Shown: positions 10,770 to 26,084, counted from the stretch's first letter. The stretch is 64,000 bases of DNA from Eledone cirrhosa (GCA_964016885.1 OZ024741.1:183210001-183274000); one strand, 5' to 3'. The notes: generated from the letters alone by a model not told the origin. Made by a program: numbers and translations.

Positions 10770-13370
10770 CACATAGCTTAGTTATCAGCGACCTCACGGT
10801 CAGAACTAGACAAACCCGAAAACAGAAGCCAGCCTGGAGAAGAAAGATCTGGAAGCTGAAACACCCCTCAGCCAGTAACAGATTTAAAGATATTTTACTC
10901 AATGCCTATGACAGTAAAGAAGAACAGATAGACATTCAATGTAGAAGAGCACTGGGAGTTCCTAAAAAATAACTTATTAAAGATGACGGATGAGATCTGT
11001 GGCTGGAGTAAGACCACAGGCAGGAGGAGAGTGACTTGGTGGTGGAACAATAAGGTAGATGAGGCAGTTAAGGCCAAGAAACAGGCATGGAAAGAATGGA
11101 AGAATGGGGGAAGCAGGGTACATTACATAGAGACCAGGAGGGAAGCTAGGCGACAAGTATACTTAGCTAGGGGGGAAGCAGAGCATAGAAAATTCAAGCA
11201 TGTTTTGCAACGTAAGGACCAGAAACAGGAGGTGTTCAAGATTGCGAGGCAGTGTGTCAGAGAGAATTGTGATGTCATTGGAGAGAAGTGTATCCGAATG
11301 ATAGAGGTGAGCTTGCCCTCACAAGTGCTGAGAAGAAAGATGCGTGGAAGAGCCATTATAATAGATTACTAAATGAGGAGAATGCATGTGAAGAAGAGAC
11401 CCTACCCCAAGTAGACCCTATAGAGGGGCCAGCAGTACAAGTCAGCAGCAGCGTAGTAAGTAAGGCAATCAAAGATATAAAGACGGGGAAGGCAATCGGT
11501 CCAGCGGGTATAGCTGCCGAGATGCTGAAGGCATCTGGGTCAGTAGATCACACCATAACCACAAATATTGTTAACCAGGCAATACTAGAAGGTGTCATAC
11601 CAAAGGATTGGTGCAGTAGCATCATTGTCAACTGCTACAAAGGTAAAGGTGATGCACTAGATAGAGGAAACTATAGAGGTATAAAGCTGATGGACCAGGT
11701 CATGAAAGTAACAGAAAGAGTTATAGCACAGTTGATTAGGGACCGGGTGAAACTAGATGAGATGCAATTTGGGTTTGTGCCAGGAAGAGGCACCACTGAT
11801 GCCCTCTTCCTTGTGAGGGAGTTACAGGAAAAGTACCTAGCTAAAAATAAGCCGCTCTACTTGGCATTCGTCGATCTCAAGAAGGCCTTTGACAGAGTTC
11901 CCCCGTGCTATAATCTGGTGGGATCTTAGAAAACTAGGAGTAGATGAATGGCTTGTGAAAGCTGTACAAGCCATGTATAGGGGAGCAGTCAGCAAAGTTA
12001 GGATTAGCAATGACTATAGCGAGGAATTTAGCATACAGGTCGGTGTCCACCATGGCTCTGTTCTTAGCCCTCTCCTGTTCATCATAGTTCTGCAGGCAAT
12101 AACAGAGGAGTTTAAGACCATAGGAACTCCTGTATGCAGATGATCTCGCACTTATAGCTGAATCTATGGTAGAACTAGAGAAGAAATTCCAAACTTGGAA
12201 GCAGGGACTAGAAAGAAAGCGTCTCAAAGTCAACCTGACAAAGACTAAGGTCCTTGTAAGTAGACGAGAAAACAGAACCCAAGTCCCCTCAGGGAAATGG
12301 CCTTGCTCAGTATGTAGGAAAGGTGTAGGTAGGAACTCCATTCTCTGCCCCAAATGCAAACAATGGGTACACAAGAGATGTAGCGGGATCTCAGGAAGCT
12401 TAACAAAGAATGTAGGCTTCACATGTAGCAACTGTGCTGGGACAGCATGCAGCAAACAGCCACAGGAAACAAGTACCACCAAACTCTGGGAGGGCTCTGT
12501 AGAAACAGTAGACAGCTTCTGCTACCTAGGTGACCGAATTAGCAGCGGCGGTGGATGTTCGGAAAGTACAATAACTAGGGTAAGAACGGGATGGAAGAAG
12601 TTCAGGGAGCTACTGCCACTGCTAGCTGCAAAAGGCTTTTCCCTCAAAATGAAAGGCAGACTGTATGATGCGTGTATACGAACAACAATGTTACATGGTA
12701 GTGAGCCCTGGGCGCTGTCTGTGGATTAGAAAGAAACGAAGCCTGCATGCTCTGATGGATGTGTAATAGTAATATACGCAAACAGCAAAGCATAAATGAA
12801 TTGAGAGAGAGACTGAGCATAAGAGGAATCAAATGCTGTGTGCAGGAGAGGCGGTTGCATTGATATGGACATGTGATACATATGAAGGATGACAGCTGCA
12901 TAAAGAAGTCGATGAAAACCGCGGAGTGGGGAGACCTAAGAAGACCTGGGATGAGGTGATAAAAGCCGACCTTACCTAATTAAACCTCTCAAAGGCAATG
13001 TCACACGACCGTGACCTCTGGCGTCACGCAGTAATAAAGAAGACCCAACCCCCTAACGGATACAAGCCGAAGCTGAAGCATATAGACAATATGCCCCACA
13101 CCCTCCCACTGAAAAGTGATTGTGGAGGTGCCACGGCAAAAAAGCACCCAGCCCACACTGTAAAGTGGACGTGTAGGCGCCACGGAAAAAAGCACCCAGC
13201 ACTCACTGTAAATGAGGTTGGTATTAGGAAGGGCATCCAGCTGTAGAAATCAAGCCAGAATCAGTTCCTGTATGAGCAAGGCATGGTCAGTCGACCGGAC
13301 ACTGCCCACAATAGGACAGCCCGTCTCACCCATGCTAGCATGGAAGAATGGACGTAAAACGGTGATAATA
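10770..13370 (+). mobile_element. 5'-truncated RTE-group LINE; frameshifted RT with PHD-like insert, plus 3'UTR
   Basis: ORFs 10983-12729 carry [47 protein letters not shown], frameshifted YADD and FCYLGD. Confidence 0.92.
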
Positions 13371-14363
13371 AATATCGAAGAGATCAAGCACCCACAAGAG
13401 GAGAGCATCTCTTTAACCCTTTATCATTTACATTACTCTATATATACTATTGTATGTTTCATGGTAAAGGCTTTACCTTACATAATATTGAATCTATGAG
13501 ATTTTGATATTATTTATTTTTAGAACAAGACCTTAATGTCAGTATGAGTGGTCAGTTATGGCCGCTTTGAACAGAAAGATGTGAGAGAATTCTGGTTGGA
13601 TATGGCCAGTTTAAATGCTAGAGGGTTAAGGCAGTCATATTTTTTAAAGAGATTGGTTTTTTTTTTTTTTTGTTTGGAGTGCATTTTGATTTCTTGTTTT
13701 TTTCTCTCCAAAATTGGAATATTCCATCCTTCTTAACTCACTCCTCCATTAAAACATGTCTTACTTGAGACCAGTGATCTCACTCCCTCATAGGGTAGAG
13801 TCAGTGACTGACAACCACCTTAATGCTGGTGCTACAATGAAATATCCACCATACTCTGTAGAAACCATGTCAAAAGGGTTGTGAGGACTCCTCAGTTGTG
13901 TCAAAAGCATGGCAACCTCTCAAGTGCTGGCACCATGACAGAATATATTTAGTACTCTCTGTAAAGTGGTTGGTGATAGAAAGAGCATGCAGTCAAAGAA
14001 AACTTGTCATACAAAGACTCAAGGGTCCCTTCAGTCATGTCAAAACATGGCAACCATCCTGGTGCTGGTGCCATGATAAAATGCACCCACTACACTATAT
14101 ATGATGTGAGAATGTATGTATGTATGATCCACGGAATCTGACAGGTCAGGGGATCTAAGTACTGACTGGGTTTATGAAGACCTCTCTGATTGTCGCTAGC
14201 AAGGTAAAAATATTAAATTGATGATGATTATGATGATGATACATATATGTATGTATGCAGGTATGTAAACTATACATACATACACACACACGCGTGTGTG
14301 TGTGTTAAGTATTTCCGTAGAAAAGGCAAAGGAAAGAAGAGTGCTCTATGTATAGTACAGAGC

Positions 14364-14599
14364 TATTTAATTACATAATAAATAACACAATATAATTATT
14401 CCATTACCAAAGGTTTCAGGAAACTAGACGATCCTTAAAGAAACGTCCAGCTCGTTCATCAGATGAAATAGTTATCTGATGAAATAGAAAACTATTTCAT
14501 CTGATGAACTATCCAGACATTTCTGTAACGATCGTCTAGTTTCCTGAAACATTTGGTAATGGAATAATTATATTGTGTTGTTTATTATGTAATTAAATA
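14364..14599. mobile_element. Fold-back Penelope pLTR remnant with a hammerhead in each arm (14496-14563 +, 14400-14467 -)
   Basis: ~105-bp inverted arms; each reads TTCAT-CTGATGA-stem II-GAAAC-NTTTG-GTA-ATGGA. Confidence 0.7.
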
Positions 14600-15001
14600 A
14601 TTATATATATATAAATGCACACAAACGAACATATTTAGAAAAAAACATACATGCATTTATGTATGTGTATATGTGTCTAAAGAAGTATATCTATGTCTAT
14701 GTGTGTGTATATATATATGTATATGCGTGTGGGATTATTAATATATGAGCGTGTTGCACGCCTTGGCGAGGGGTTCGGTACAATTGTGGTGGTGGTGTTA
14801 GAAGTTGTAGCTGTTATGTTGGTGTAGGGGTGTTAGCAGTTGTACCTGTTACGTTGGTGTGGTGGTAGTGTTATGACAATTCGAAACTTTCACACGCCTT
14901 ACCAGACGTGACTAATCAAGTGAAAAACAAGACACAACAAATCACCAACAGTAATTAACTAAGTAATGTGAACGTAGACCAGCTGGCTGTTTGGCTGTCC
15001 G

Positions 15002-15372
15002 TCAGTTTGTCTGTCTGGCTGGAGGGCAGATAAGACAAGTGGGTGGGTGTTTGGAGGGTATTGAGCGAAACTGACCAGTCCAGCGGATCAAGGCAATAAA
15101 TGAATAATAAAATAAAGAAAACTAAAGCAGACGAAGCCGATAATCACATCCTATTAACGACGTTCACATGTAATATATACATACACCGAGCAAAACAACG
15201 AAACACAACCACAGCGACGACAACAACATCACCAACGACGATAATATTAACAGAAGATTTAAGAAAAAGCAAGATTACAGCGGAAAGTGTGTAGTGTTAA
15301 AAAACTATAATAATTACAAAGGAAAGCAAAACTACAAACAAAGCTGGATGAATATTCTGTTGAAAAGTAAGT
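15002..15372 (+). promoter_or_regulatory. Candidate host-gene first exon (Inr-like TCAGTT, splice donor GTAAGT)
   Basis: Non-repetitive, CpG-retaining segment; TCAGTT at 15002; ATG at 15348; AA|GTAAGT at 15367 followed by microsatellite-rich, intron-like DNA. Confidence 0.3.
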
Positions 15373-15640
15373 TATGTTAATTCACACACACACACACGCA
15401 CACATATATACGTGTGTGTGTGTATATGTATACATATGAATGTTTGTATATATATGAATATGTATATATATGTATGTAAATATATATATGTAAGTATATA
15501 TATATATATATATGGTTCTTATATATTTGATATATATTTATCCTTATCGAGCACTCTTTGGATTTTAGTCTTCAAATTTATTATTATTATTATATGTATA
15601 TATATAAATGTATATATATATGTTTATTTATGTATGTATG

Positions 15641-15687
<47 letters not shown>

Positions 15688-15696
15688 TTATTTATG

Positions 15697-15726
<30 letters not shown>

Positions 15727-15727
<1 letters not shown>

Positions 15728-16190
15728 GGTGGCTGCCAACTCGTTTTCGAGTACGGCCACTACTTTATATCGATGTAGGAGAACCCTTACCGATGCGCTG
15801 AACGAGTGTGACTTTTTAGTCCAGCCAGCGACTTGAAAACTCTGGTACAAACACTACACTTGTGACAATTATTGACACATAGTGCTGGGCCCATGGTACC
15901 ATGTGACGACAAGTGCAGAGAGATCTCCAGATATAAAGCAATGCCTGTGAGCAAAGGCACTGCACAAGCTTTTATAGTGAGCAAAGGCACTGCACAAAGC
16001 CAGTCCCACTCTCTTAACCAAGGTGATATTTACCAAAAAGAAGAACAAATCAACATCATTGGATACCATCAGAATTGCAGGTGTTATATCAGAGTTTTCC
16101 TTCTCCTAGAATTCTGCCTTGACAAAGGCTCAGGGGTCATCTCTCCCGGTGATTTTGGATGGCCATTGACTCTTAAGAGCTCCTTTGCAT
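15727..16190 (-). mobile_element. Non-autonomous RTE-derived repeat (C2H2 3' end joined to a 5'-UTR-like part)
   Basis: Near-identical to 33777-34225; ORF 15787-15990(-) ends HKCSVCTRVFKSLAGLKSHTRSAH. Confidence 0.65.
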
Positions 16191-16394
16191 ACGTACATAT
16201 ATATACATACATATATATGTATGTGTATATATGTATATATATACATACATATATATGTATGTGTATATATGTATATATATACATATATATGTATGTATAT
16301 ATATGTATATATACATACATATATATGTATGTATATATAGATGTATGTGTATATATATAAATATATATGTACGTGTATACAATATATATATATA

Positions 16395-18190
16395 CTCTTT
16401 TACCTGCTCCAGCCATCTGGCTGAGGCCATGCTGGGGCACGGCCCTTGTTGCTACACATTCTATCTCCAGCCTGTGTTGGCTGGCCATTGGTGTAAGAGG
16501 GAGTTAGTTGCTGCTGCCCTTAGGTTACCTTCGAACTGTGCTGTGGGCTCATCCGGAATCCTGGATATAAGAGTGTCAAGATGTTTCTTGAAAACATCCA
16601 CGTCCACACCATGCAGATCTCTCAAATTTCTTGGCAGCTTGTTGAAGAGTTAAGGGCCATTGAACCTCAGGCTATTACAATATCTGCTCCTTATTCTAGA
16701 TGTGAAAGACACGACCTTTGGCACCACACAGTGATATCCTGTTCAGGGGTTGGTCCAGCTTTCAATGCCAAAGTTTGGTGCTAGTCCCTCCAGGATTTTC
16801 CATATGTATATCACTGCATCTCTCTCCCGTCTTCGTTCCAAGGAGTAGAGGTTCAGTTCTTTTAGCCTCTCCCAGTAGCTCATCTCCTTCATCATGGCAA
16901 TCCTCTTGGTGTAGCTTCGTTGGATTGCCTCAAGGTCTGTGGTTAATTTGATACTATTGGGTGTGCACAGCTGGGAGCAGTAGTCCAGGTGGCTTAGGAC
17001 AAATGTCCTCCATAGTATCAACATGGTCTCTCGGTCTCTTGTTCAGAATGCCCTAATAACCAGCCAGCGAGTCACCTGCACATTGTCACCACCCGCATGA
17101 TGTATGAAGGAAAAGATGCATTATCGCTCATGTCTATCCCCAGGTCTCATATTGATTTTCGACACGGGGATTTCGATCCCTCCTGGTCCAGTGTAGTTGT
17201 GTTGTATTGTATTTGTGTTTGCAGGTTGGCATTGTAAGGCTTGGAATTTTCCAGCATTAAACTGCATGTTGTTGTCCTCAGCCCATTTGTATATGGCATC
17301 CGTATCTTGTAAAAGGACAGCATCAGCCGGGTTTTTGATTGCTCGTGCTACCTTTGTGTCATCAACATAGCTAGTGAGGGATGTTGTATATACTACAGAG
17401 GTCATATCTGAGAGAGCTACCAAAAACAGTAGTGGTCCTAAGACTGCGCCCTGGGGCACCCCACTTGTTATTGATGTTTCCTTTGAGAGGGCCCCATTGG
17501 CTGCAACTGTCTGGCTTCTGTCTTTTAAGAAATCATGCAGCCACTCACTCACTTTTCCAGCTATGCCGAGTCTGTGTAGTTTGTGACATATCATTCCATG
17601 GTTGACCTTGTGAAAGGCCTTCGCAAATTCAAGATATATCACGTCCACATGTGAGCTGTCCAGCAGTTATTTCAGTACCCAGTCATAGTGTTTTAACAGC
17701 TGTGTAAGGCTGCTTCTTCCTGAGCGAAAGCCATGCTGCATGTTAGTTAGGCGGTTATTTTCCTTGAGGAACGTGATCATTTTCTTTCTGATGATTCGTT
17801 CCATGACCTTACTGATATGTGACGGCAAGGAGACCGGCCTGTAGTTTTTGGCCTCCGCTCTGCTTTCTCCTTTATGGATAGGGCATATTGTGCCTTCTTT
17901 TAGCTCTTTGGGTAGTTTACCGCTAGCCAAAGAACTTCTGAAGAGGATCTTCTGTGGTCCCGCTAAGGCATGTTTACATGTTTTTAGGAGGACTGCTGGG
18001 AATCCATCAGGTCGAGCAGCTGAGTTTGTTCAAATTTCGTTTATGGCGGATATCACATCTTCCATCGTTACGTCTATGTGGTGTATGGTCGCTATTTCTT
18101 TGTAGAGTGTTGTGGCATCAAAGAAATCCTCTGGCTTTGTTAATTTATGTGCATCAATGGGGGTCTGAACACACTTTTGTACTGTTTGTT
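16395..18190 (-). mobile_element. 5'-truncated CR1-group LINE (RT pseudogene)
   Basis: NYRPVSL, QHGFRSGRSSLTQL, YLEFAKAFHKVNH, SGVPQGAVLGPLLFL, YVDD, LYSLERRRER. Confidence 0.9.
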
Positions 18191-19339
18191 CATATGTATC
18201 TATATATGTATATATTTATATGTATATATCATAAAATTAAGCAACCTAACGGTTTACCAACAGCTTAATAACGGTTAATACAAACCCTAGAAGAGATAAT
18301 TTGTAGATAAAAATGCATAAAATAATATACCTACAATAACATGGCCAGTAATTCGGTAGAATTTACGTTTAACAAACAAACACCTATTGACTATAAACGA
18401 CTCAAAATAATCCCATGGGTTAATAACTGGGTTACAAACAACATATACACATACACACGAACTACAACACAAAAACACTTGAATGAAAATCACATATCCA
18501 ACTCTATCATGTGCTTTGCATCACACCTCACAACAAATGCCTACATTATCACCACATGCCTTTCTAACAAATTGCACACTATCTTAAACATTTATAACAA
18601 TTATAACATGCTTTAACACCCCACACAAAATATGTTTATTTCAACTGCATTATAACTCTTTCCCCATACATGCCTTATCGACTGTATGGACTCCTGCATT
18701 GTACACCAATTTTCCTTGCTTATAACTATTTTGCCTGTATTTTTCTGCTTGTGCTTTTCGCTTATACCTCCTGCACTTTCAACCAGTGCTGCCTGTAATT
18801 GTGTTCTCTCAAGCAGAACATCTTTTTGACTCCTAACTCTCCACATGATGCCTATGACACTAACAACAATTATGTACCCTAAATGTTCTAAATGACTAGG
18901 ATTTTAGTCACATGTTTCGAAATTCCATATGCTCCGATGATTCCAGACTTCCCTCTGGAAGAAACAATTGTCAGCAATACATACATACATATATATATAT
19001 ATACATACATACATATATACATGCACATATATATATATACATACATATATATCTATATTAACATCCACTTATTTATTTTAATTATACCCCCGCCCTTTTT
19101 CTGTCATACTTTTAACACACATACACTGACCACCTTCTTTCTTTCCACCCTTGTTAACCTTTTAGAGACCCTGAACACTTCTCCCTTTTTTAACCTTTAA
19201 CCTTAACTTTATCTACAACCAATAACACTCACATATTCACTTTATTCACATACCCTTTGTCATACCCTCTCACTACCCTTATCCCTTTTTCTTTCTACCT
19301 ATTAGTTATATTCTTTCTACATACACACTTACATTTTAT

Positions 19340-19527
19340 TGGTGGATTGGCAGTATCGGTAGAGAGTCGGACGCCATGCTTTCCAGCATAGTTACGTCAC
19401 TTTATGATCTGAGTTCAAATCCCGCCGAAGTTAACTTTGCTTTTCATCCTTACGGGGTCGATAAAATAAAGTACCAGTAATGAACTGCGATAATTGCTGG
19501 CCTTGTATCAAAAGTAGAAACAATTAT
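19340..19527 (+). mobile_element. Meta-type tRNA SINE
   Basis: Homologous to 8608-8792; GCTTTTCATCCTTACGGGGTCGATAAAATAAAGTACCAGT. Confidence 0.78.
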
Positions 19528-20310
19528 TTTATTTACGGGAACCCTATTTCTATCTTTCAGATAATATATTCATAGATATGTATGAATATATGTTTATATA
19601 TGTATGCACTTTTGTATGTATTTATTTATAATTGCGTGTGTATTCTTGCATATTTTGTGTAAATGTATATGGTTAGTCATATGTATGTGTGTATGTTTCT
19701 ACATATCTATGTATGCGTATGTATATGTTCTATATGTTCTGCATGTAATATATTTCCATATACTTTTCCCTTTTTTCTCCCCCCCCCCCGCCTTTTTTTT
19801 CATATTTGTATATGTATGTGTGTGTTTGTATATTTATTTTTGCATGTGTGTCCATATGTATGTATGAATATATAATTTTTATACATTCACATTCGTGTGT
19901 AGGTTTGTATATGTGTATGTATGTGTGTGTGTATATATGGAAGTTTAGTAAAACATGTATATATGTACACACATATATATATGTATATATATGTGTGTGT
20001 ATGTCAAAAAATGTTTATGCGTGTGCGTGTGTGTGTGTGTAAGTACGTGCGTATATACGTGTCTTTATATATATAATTTTATACGTATGTGTATGTTTGT
20101 ATGTATGTCTTTGTACGTGTGTATGTATATATGGGTGCATATATCTATGTATTTATGTATATATATATATATATATATATGCAAAAGTTTTATTTAAAAT
20201 TGTTGGGTTACAACAAGTAAATATTTTATAACTGATATAAAGCACTCGACAAGTTTTGGAGTAGATATACGATATTAAACAAATGGAAACTATATTTATA
20301 AAACCATATT

Positions 20311-20376
20311 TATTTCATTATACATATTTCGGGGATACCATATTAAAAATATGGCATGCCTTCTTCAGATAAAATA
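20311..20376 (-). ncRNA. Type I hammerhead ribozyme in a Penelope pLTR fragment (~20195-20420)
   Basis: Minus strand TATTTTAT-CTGAAGA-stem II (ATGCCATATT/AATATGGTAT)-GAAAT-ATGT-ATA-ATGAAATA; relatives at 62585 and 23663. Confidence 0.65.
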
Positions 20377-21326
20377 CAATATATAAACAGTTTTATAAAT
20401 AATTTTGACGTACCATAAATATTGAGCAACCGTTATGTAGGAAGCCGGTTTGGTAGTGAGATGTTTATAAATATTTAGTATTAAGCACAGTTAAAAAGAA
20501 AGACGGAGAAAAAGATGAAATGTATGTAAAGAAAAACAGAGAGAAATAGAGAGAGATAGGGGAGAGAGAAATAGTGAGGAGGTGAAAAAAGAGAGGCAGC
20601 TGAAGGCAACAGATGAATAATAATAATTCATCATACAAATTGAGAGATTTAGGAGGGAGGGAGTACTGTAATTATTTAGTTATAGTGTTAAGGACAGTTA
20701 GGGAGGGGACGGAGAGAAATAAAAAATGAAGAGAAAACAGAGAGAGAGAAAGATAGAGGTGGGGGGAAAAAGAAAGAGGTATACCAAATAATAATAATTA
20801 TATAGGGGAGGTGAAAAACAAGAGAGAAAAATAGGAGAGAAATAAGAGAGAAACTTGAGAGGCAAAGTCAAAACAACAGATACATAGACTTCATCATATA
20901 TAAAGAGGGAGGAGAAGAAAGAGCTATATCTAGAGAGAGGGATGATAGATTTACATCTTTACGTTATGTCCTATCAATTTGAATTATCAATTCATATGAA
21001 CTGGGTAATATAATGTAAATATTAATATTCATGAATGAGACATAGATATATAATGTGTGAAAATAATTTTGCTCAATAATGACCATATGTTTAGTTTAAA
21101 ATTCTGAGGTCGATGTACCAAAAACTGAGATAAAACTTTAAAAAAAAAAAAAATACGGAAATATATAAGTATATACATACACATGCATATGCACTTTCCG
21201 GAAAAGGAAAGAAAGAGAGAAAGAGAAGGTCATCTCAAGTTCTAGTTGATATTATAGACATACCCATGACTTTACGTGATCAACTCTGTAATTTCTTGTT
21301 TCACAAAATTTTTTTTTTCCCTTGTG

Positions 21327-21405
<79 letters not shown>

Positions 21406-21483
21406 CATGTGTGTATATACATACATATATATATATATATGTGTGTGTGTATATATTTGTGTGTGTGTGTATGTGTATGTGAT

Positions 21484-21562
<79 letters not shown>

Positions 21563-21568
<6 letters not shown>

Positions 21569-22900
21569 GAAAAAGTGGAGAATAACATGGTCAACAGTAC
21601 AAAAAAGGGGATTTATTTGTTTCACTGATAAAGTTGTATAAAAATTGCTAAACACTAAAAGCAGTGCCACTCAATTTTAAATACGATGTTAGCTCTATCA
21701 GATCTTCGAAACTGTTAAAAAAATATATATGTAACCGGTAAATTTACAAATTCAAATTACATCATCAATAATAATATTAATAATAAAGATATAGAGAGAA
21801 AAGGAGGAAGAAAGGGAGATAGATACAGTAAAGAAAGAAAGGAAAGGAAGGAGAAAGAAGAAGGAAAAAGAAAAAGAGAAAGAAGAAGAAAAAGGAGAAA
21901 TTATTATAGATAGAAATATAAAGAGAAGATATATAGAAGATGATGGTAGATAGAGGAGAGACAAACATAAGTAGAAATAACGTAGGACAGAAAGAAGAAT
22001 AGAGGGACAAATAAATGAATAAACGTTAATACATGAATAAATGTAAATAAAAATAAAAATAGATTATAAAAAATATATGAAAAAATATATTAAAAAAATA
22101 TATTAAAAAAATATATAAAAAATATATAAAAAATTGATAAATAAATAAATAAATAAATAAATAAATTATATCTAATGTGATATAAAATGGCATAAAATGT
22201 GAAAAATGAAGAATAAAAATAAATACGTAAAAGGAGTAAAAATGTGCGAAGAATATTTAAACATATTAAAATTATTGAGAATGGTTTTTGAGAATTGTTG
22301 AAATATATGGACAGATAATAAGGTGAAAATATGATAATGTTAAATATATTTATGTGTGTATTGGTTATTTTAATAAATAAATAAATTAGTTTTACGTTAT
22401 ATTATATGATAAAATAAAATGACAGAGATGAAATAAATTTAGGGAGAGAAATATAAAGATAGAGAGTGAAAAATAGAGATATATAAATTAAGAATGTAAA
22501 TATAAGAGGTTTTGGTGTTGTTCTTTGATAGATGATGACAATTATAATTATAATGATGATGATGTTGATAATGTGATATAATAGATCCAAGTGGTACAAT
22601 CTGGGTTATGGAATAGATAAGATGGAATTAATCTCCCTTTCTTCCTCCTTTTCTCTCTATATCTTTATTATTAATATTATTATTGATGATGTAATTTGAA
22701 TTTGTAAATTTGCCGGTTACATATATATTTTTTTAACAGTTTCCGAAGATCTGATATAGCTAACATCGTATTTAAAATTGAGTGGCACTGCTTTTAGTGT
22801 TTAGCAATTTTTAGACAACTTTATCAGTGAAACAATTGTTAGACTGCAAATAAATCCCCTTTTTTTTTGTACTGTTGTTATTCTCCACTTTTTCAATTTT
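21563..22900. repeat. Inverted repeat (~260-bp arms at 21563-21820 and 22631-22900) between (TA)n tracts; probable Penelope remnant
   Basis: Arms are highly similar reverse complements by inspection. Confidence 0.7.
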
Positions 22901-23061
22901 ATTACTCCAAGATAAACTTACATAGGAATGCAAGTGAAATCATAAACTCGTCATCTACGTAAACCTCTTGTTGAGTCAAGCAACGCCGTACGCTATAGCT
23001 ATCCACAATAAGAAGTATTTACAACCTCTAATTGGATTACCTATAACGATATTTTGTTATC

Positions 23062-23123
<62 letters not shown>

Positions 23124-23272
23124 AAATATATATATATATATTTCATGACATTTGTACATTATTCTATGTACTATACATGCACCTTTGATGAGTTGTAGTG
23201 CACCTGAGCACTGTACACAATAATTTCATTATTATTATTTTATATATATATATATATAAAATAATAATAATG

Positions 23273-23341
<69 letters not shown>

Positions 23342-23523
23342 TATATGTACGTGTATGTTTTTGGTCATATATGTATGTGTATCTGTATATATATATATAT
23401 ATATATGCAAATATATATGTATGTATACATATGTGTGCGTATGTTTATAGGTATGTATGTATATATACATATGTATGTATATGTGAGTGTATATATATAT
23501 ATGTGTGTGCGTGAGTCTGTTTA

Positions 23524-23582
<59 letters not shown>

Positions 23583-23662
23583 ATATATAGGCAAAAACTT
23601 GAAAAACTTGAACCGTTAAGATCTCCTTCCTGGATATGTCAATATTTATAAAACAAACTTTG

Positions 23663-23723
23663 TATTTTATCTGTTGAGAGCGTACCAAAATTTTGGTACC
23701 CTTGAAATATATATAATAGAATA
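23663..23723 (+). ncRNA. Degenerate hammerhead (A6U), same family as 62585
   Basis: TATTTTAT-CTGTTGA-GTACCAAA/TTTGGTAC hairpin-GAAAT-ATAT-ATA-ATAGAATA. Confidence 0.45.
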
Positions 23724-24396
23724 AATATGGTTTTATAAATATAATTTGCATTTTCTAATATCATTGATATATATATATATACTTCTATTTACCCCTCTTA
23801 TGTAATATTTTATTTTTTATTTTTTTTTGTCTTTGTTTTTGTCCATCACTGTGTTTATGTATACGTTGTATACATAAACACAGTGATAGTTAAACCTTAC
23901 GATTTTTATTTGTATTTAAACATTTTTTTGCTTGTCTGCTTATTTTGATACTGAACTGTGCTTATGATCGTATCTTTTATGTGTGCGTATGTATGTGATT
24001 GTATGTGTGTGTATGTACATATGTATGTGTATATATGTATGTGTGTATTTATATACATGTGTGTGTGCGTGTGTGTATGTATATATATATATATATGTGT
24101 GTGTGTATGTGCGTGTATATATATGTGTGTGTATGTGTCTATGTATATGTACGTGTGTATGTATGTATATGTGTATTTATATATGTGTGTGTACATGTAC
24201 GTATGTTTATGTGTATGTGTGTGAGTATAAGTATATGCGTGGGTAGATGCTTATATATGTATGTGTATATTTATATATATATATTTTTTTTCGTCATTAC
24301 ATTACGTCCGTTATTTTATTTTATATCAGCCTCCCTTTCAATTGTTTTAGCCTTTGTTTTGAAATCCAGATCTCACATCCACTTCAAATAAAATTT

Positions 24397-24463
24397 CATT
24401 CTGATGAGCGATTTCAGACGTCTGTATCGAACTCGTCTGTCTTCGTGAAACCTTTGGTAAATG
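24397..24463 (+). ncRNA. Type I hammerhead ribozyme with canonical core
   Basis: CATT-CTGATGA-GCGA..AGACG/CGTCT..TCGT-GAAAC-CTTTG-GTA-AATG; related to the 14.4-kb copies. Confidence 0.75.
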
Positions 24464-24491
24464 GTATAATTGTCTTATGTTGTTTATTACA

Positions 24492-24534
<43 letters not shown>

Positions 24535-24591
24535 TGAAAGCATTCGTCGGCTTAGCTGAGACTCTAGCTTCGAATATGCTGTACTTTCATT

Positions 24592-26084
<1,493 letters not shown>

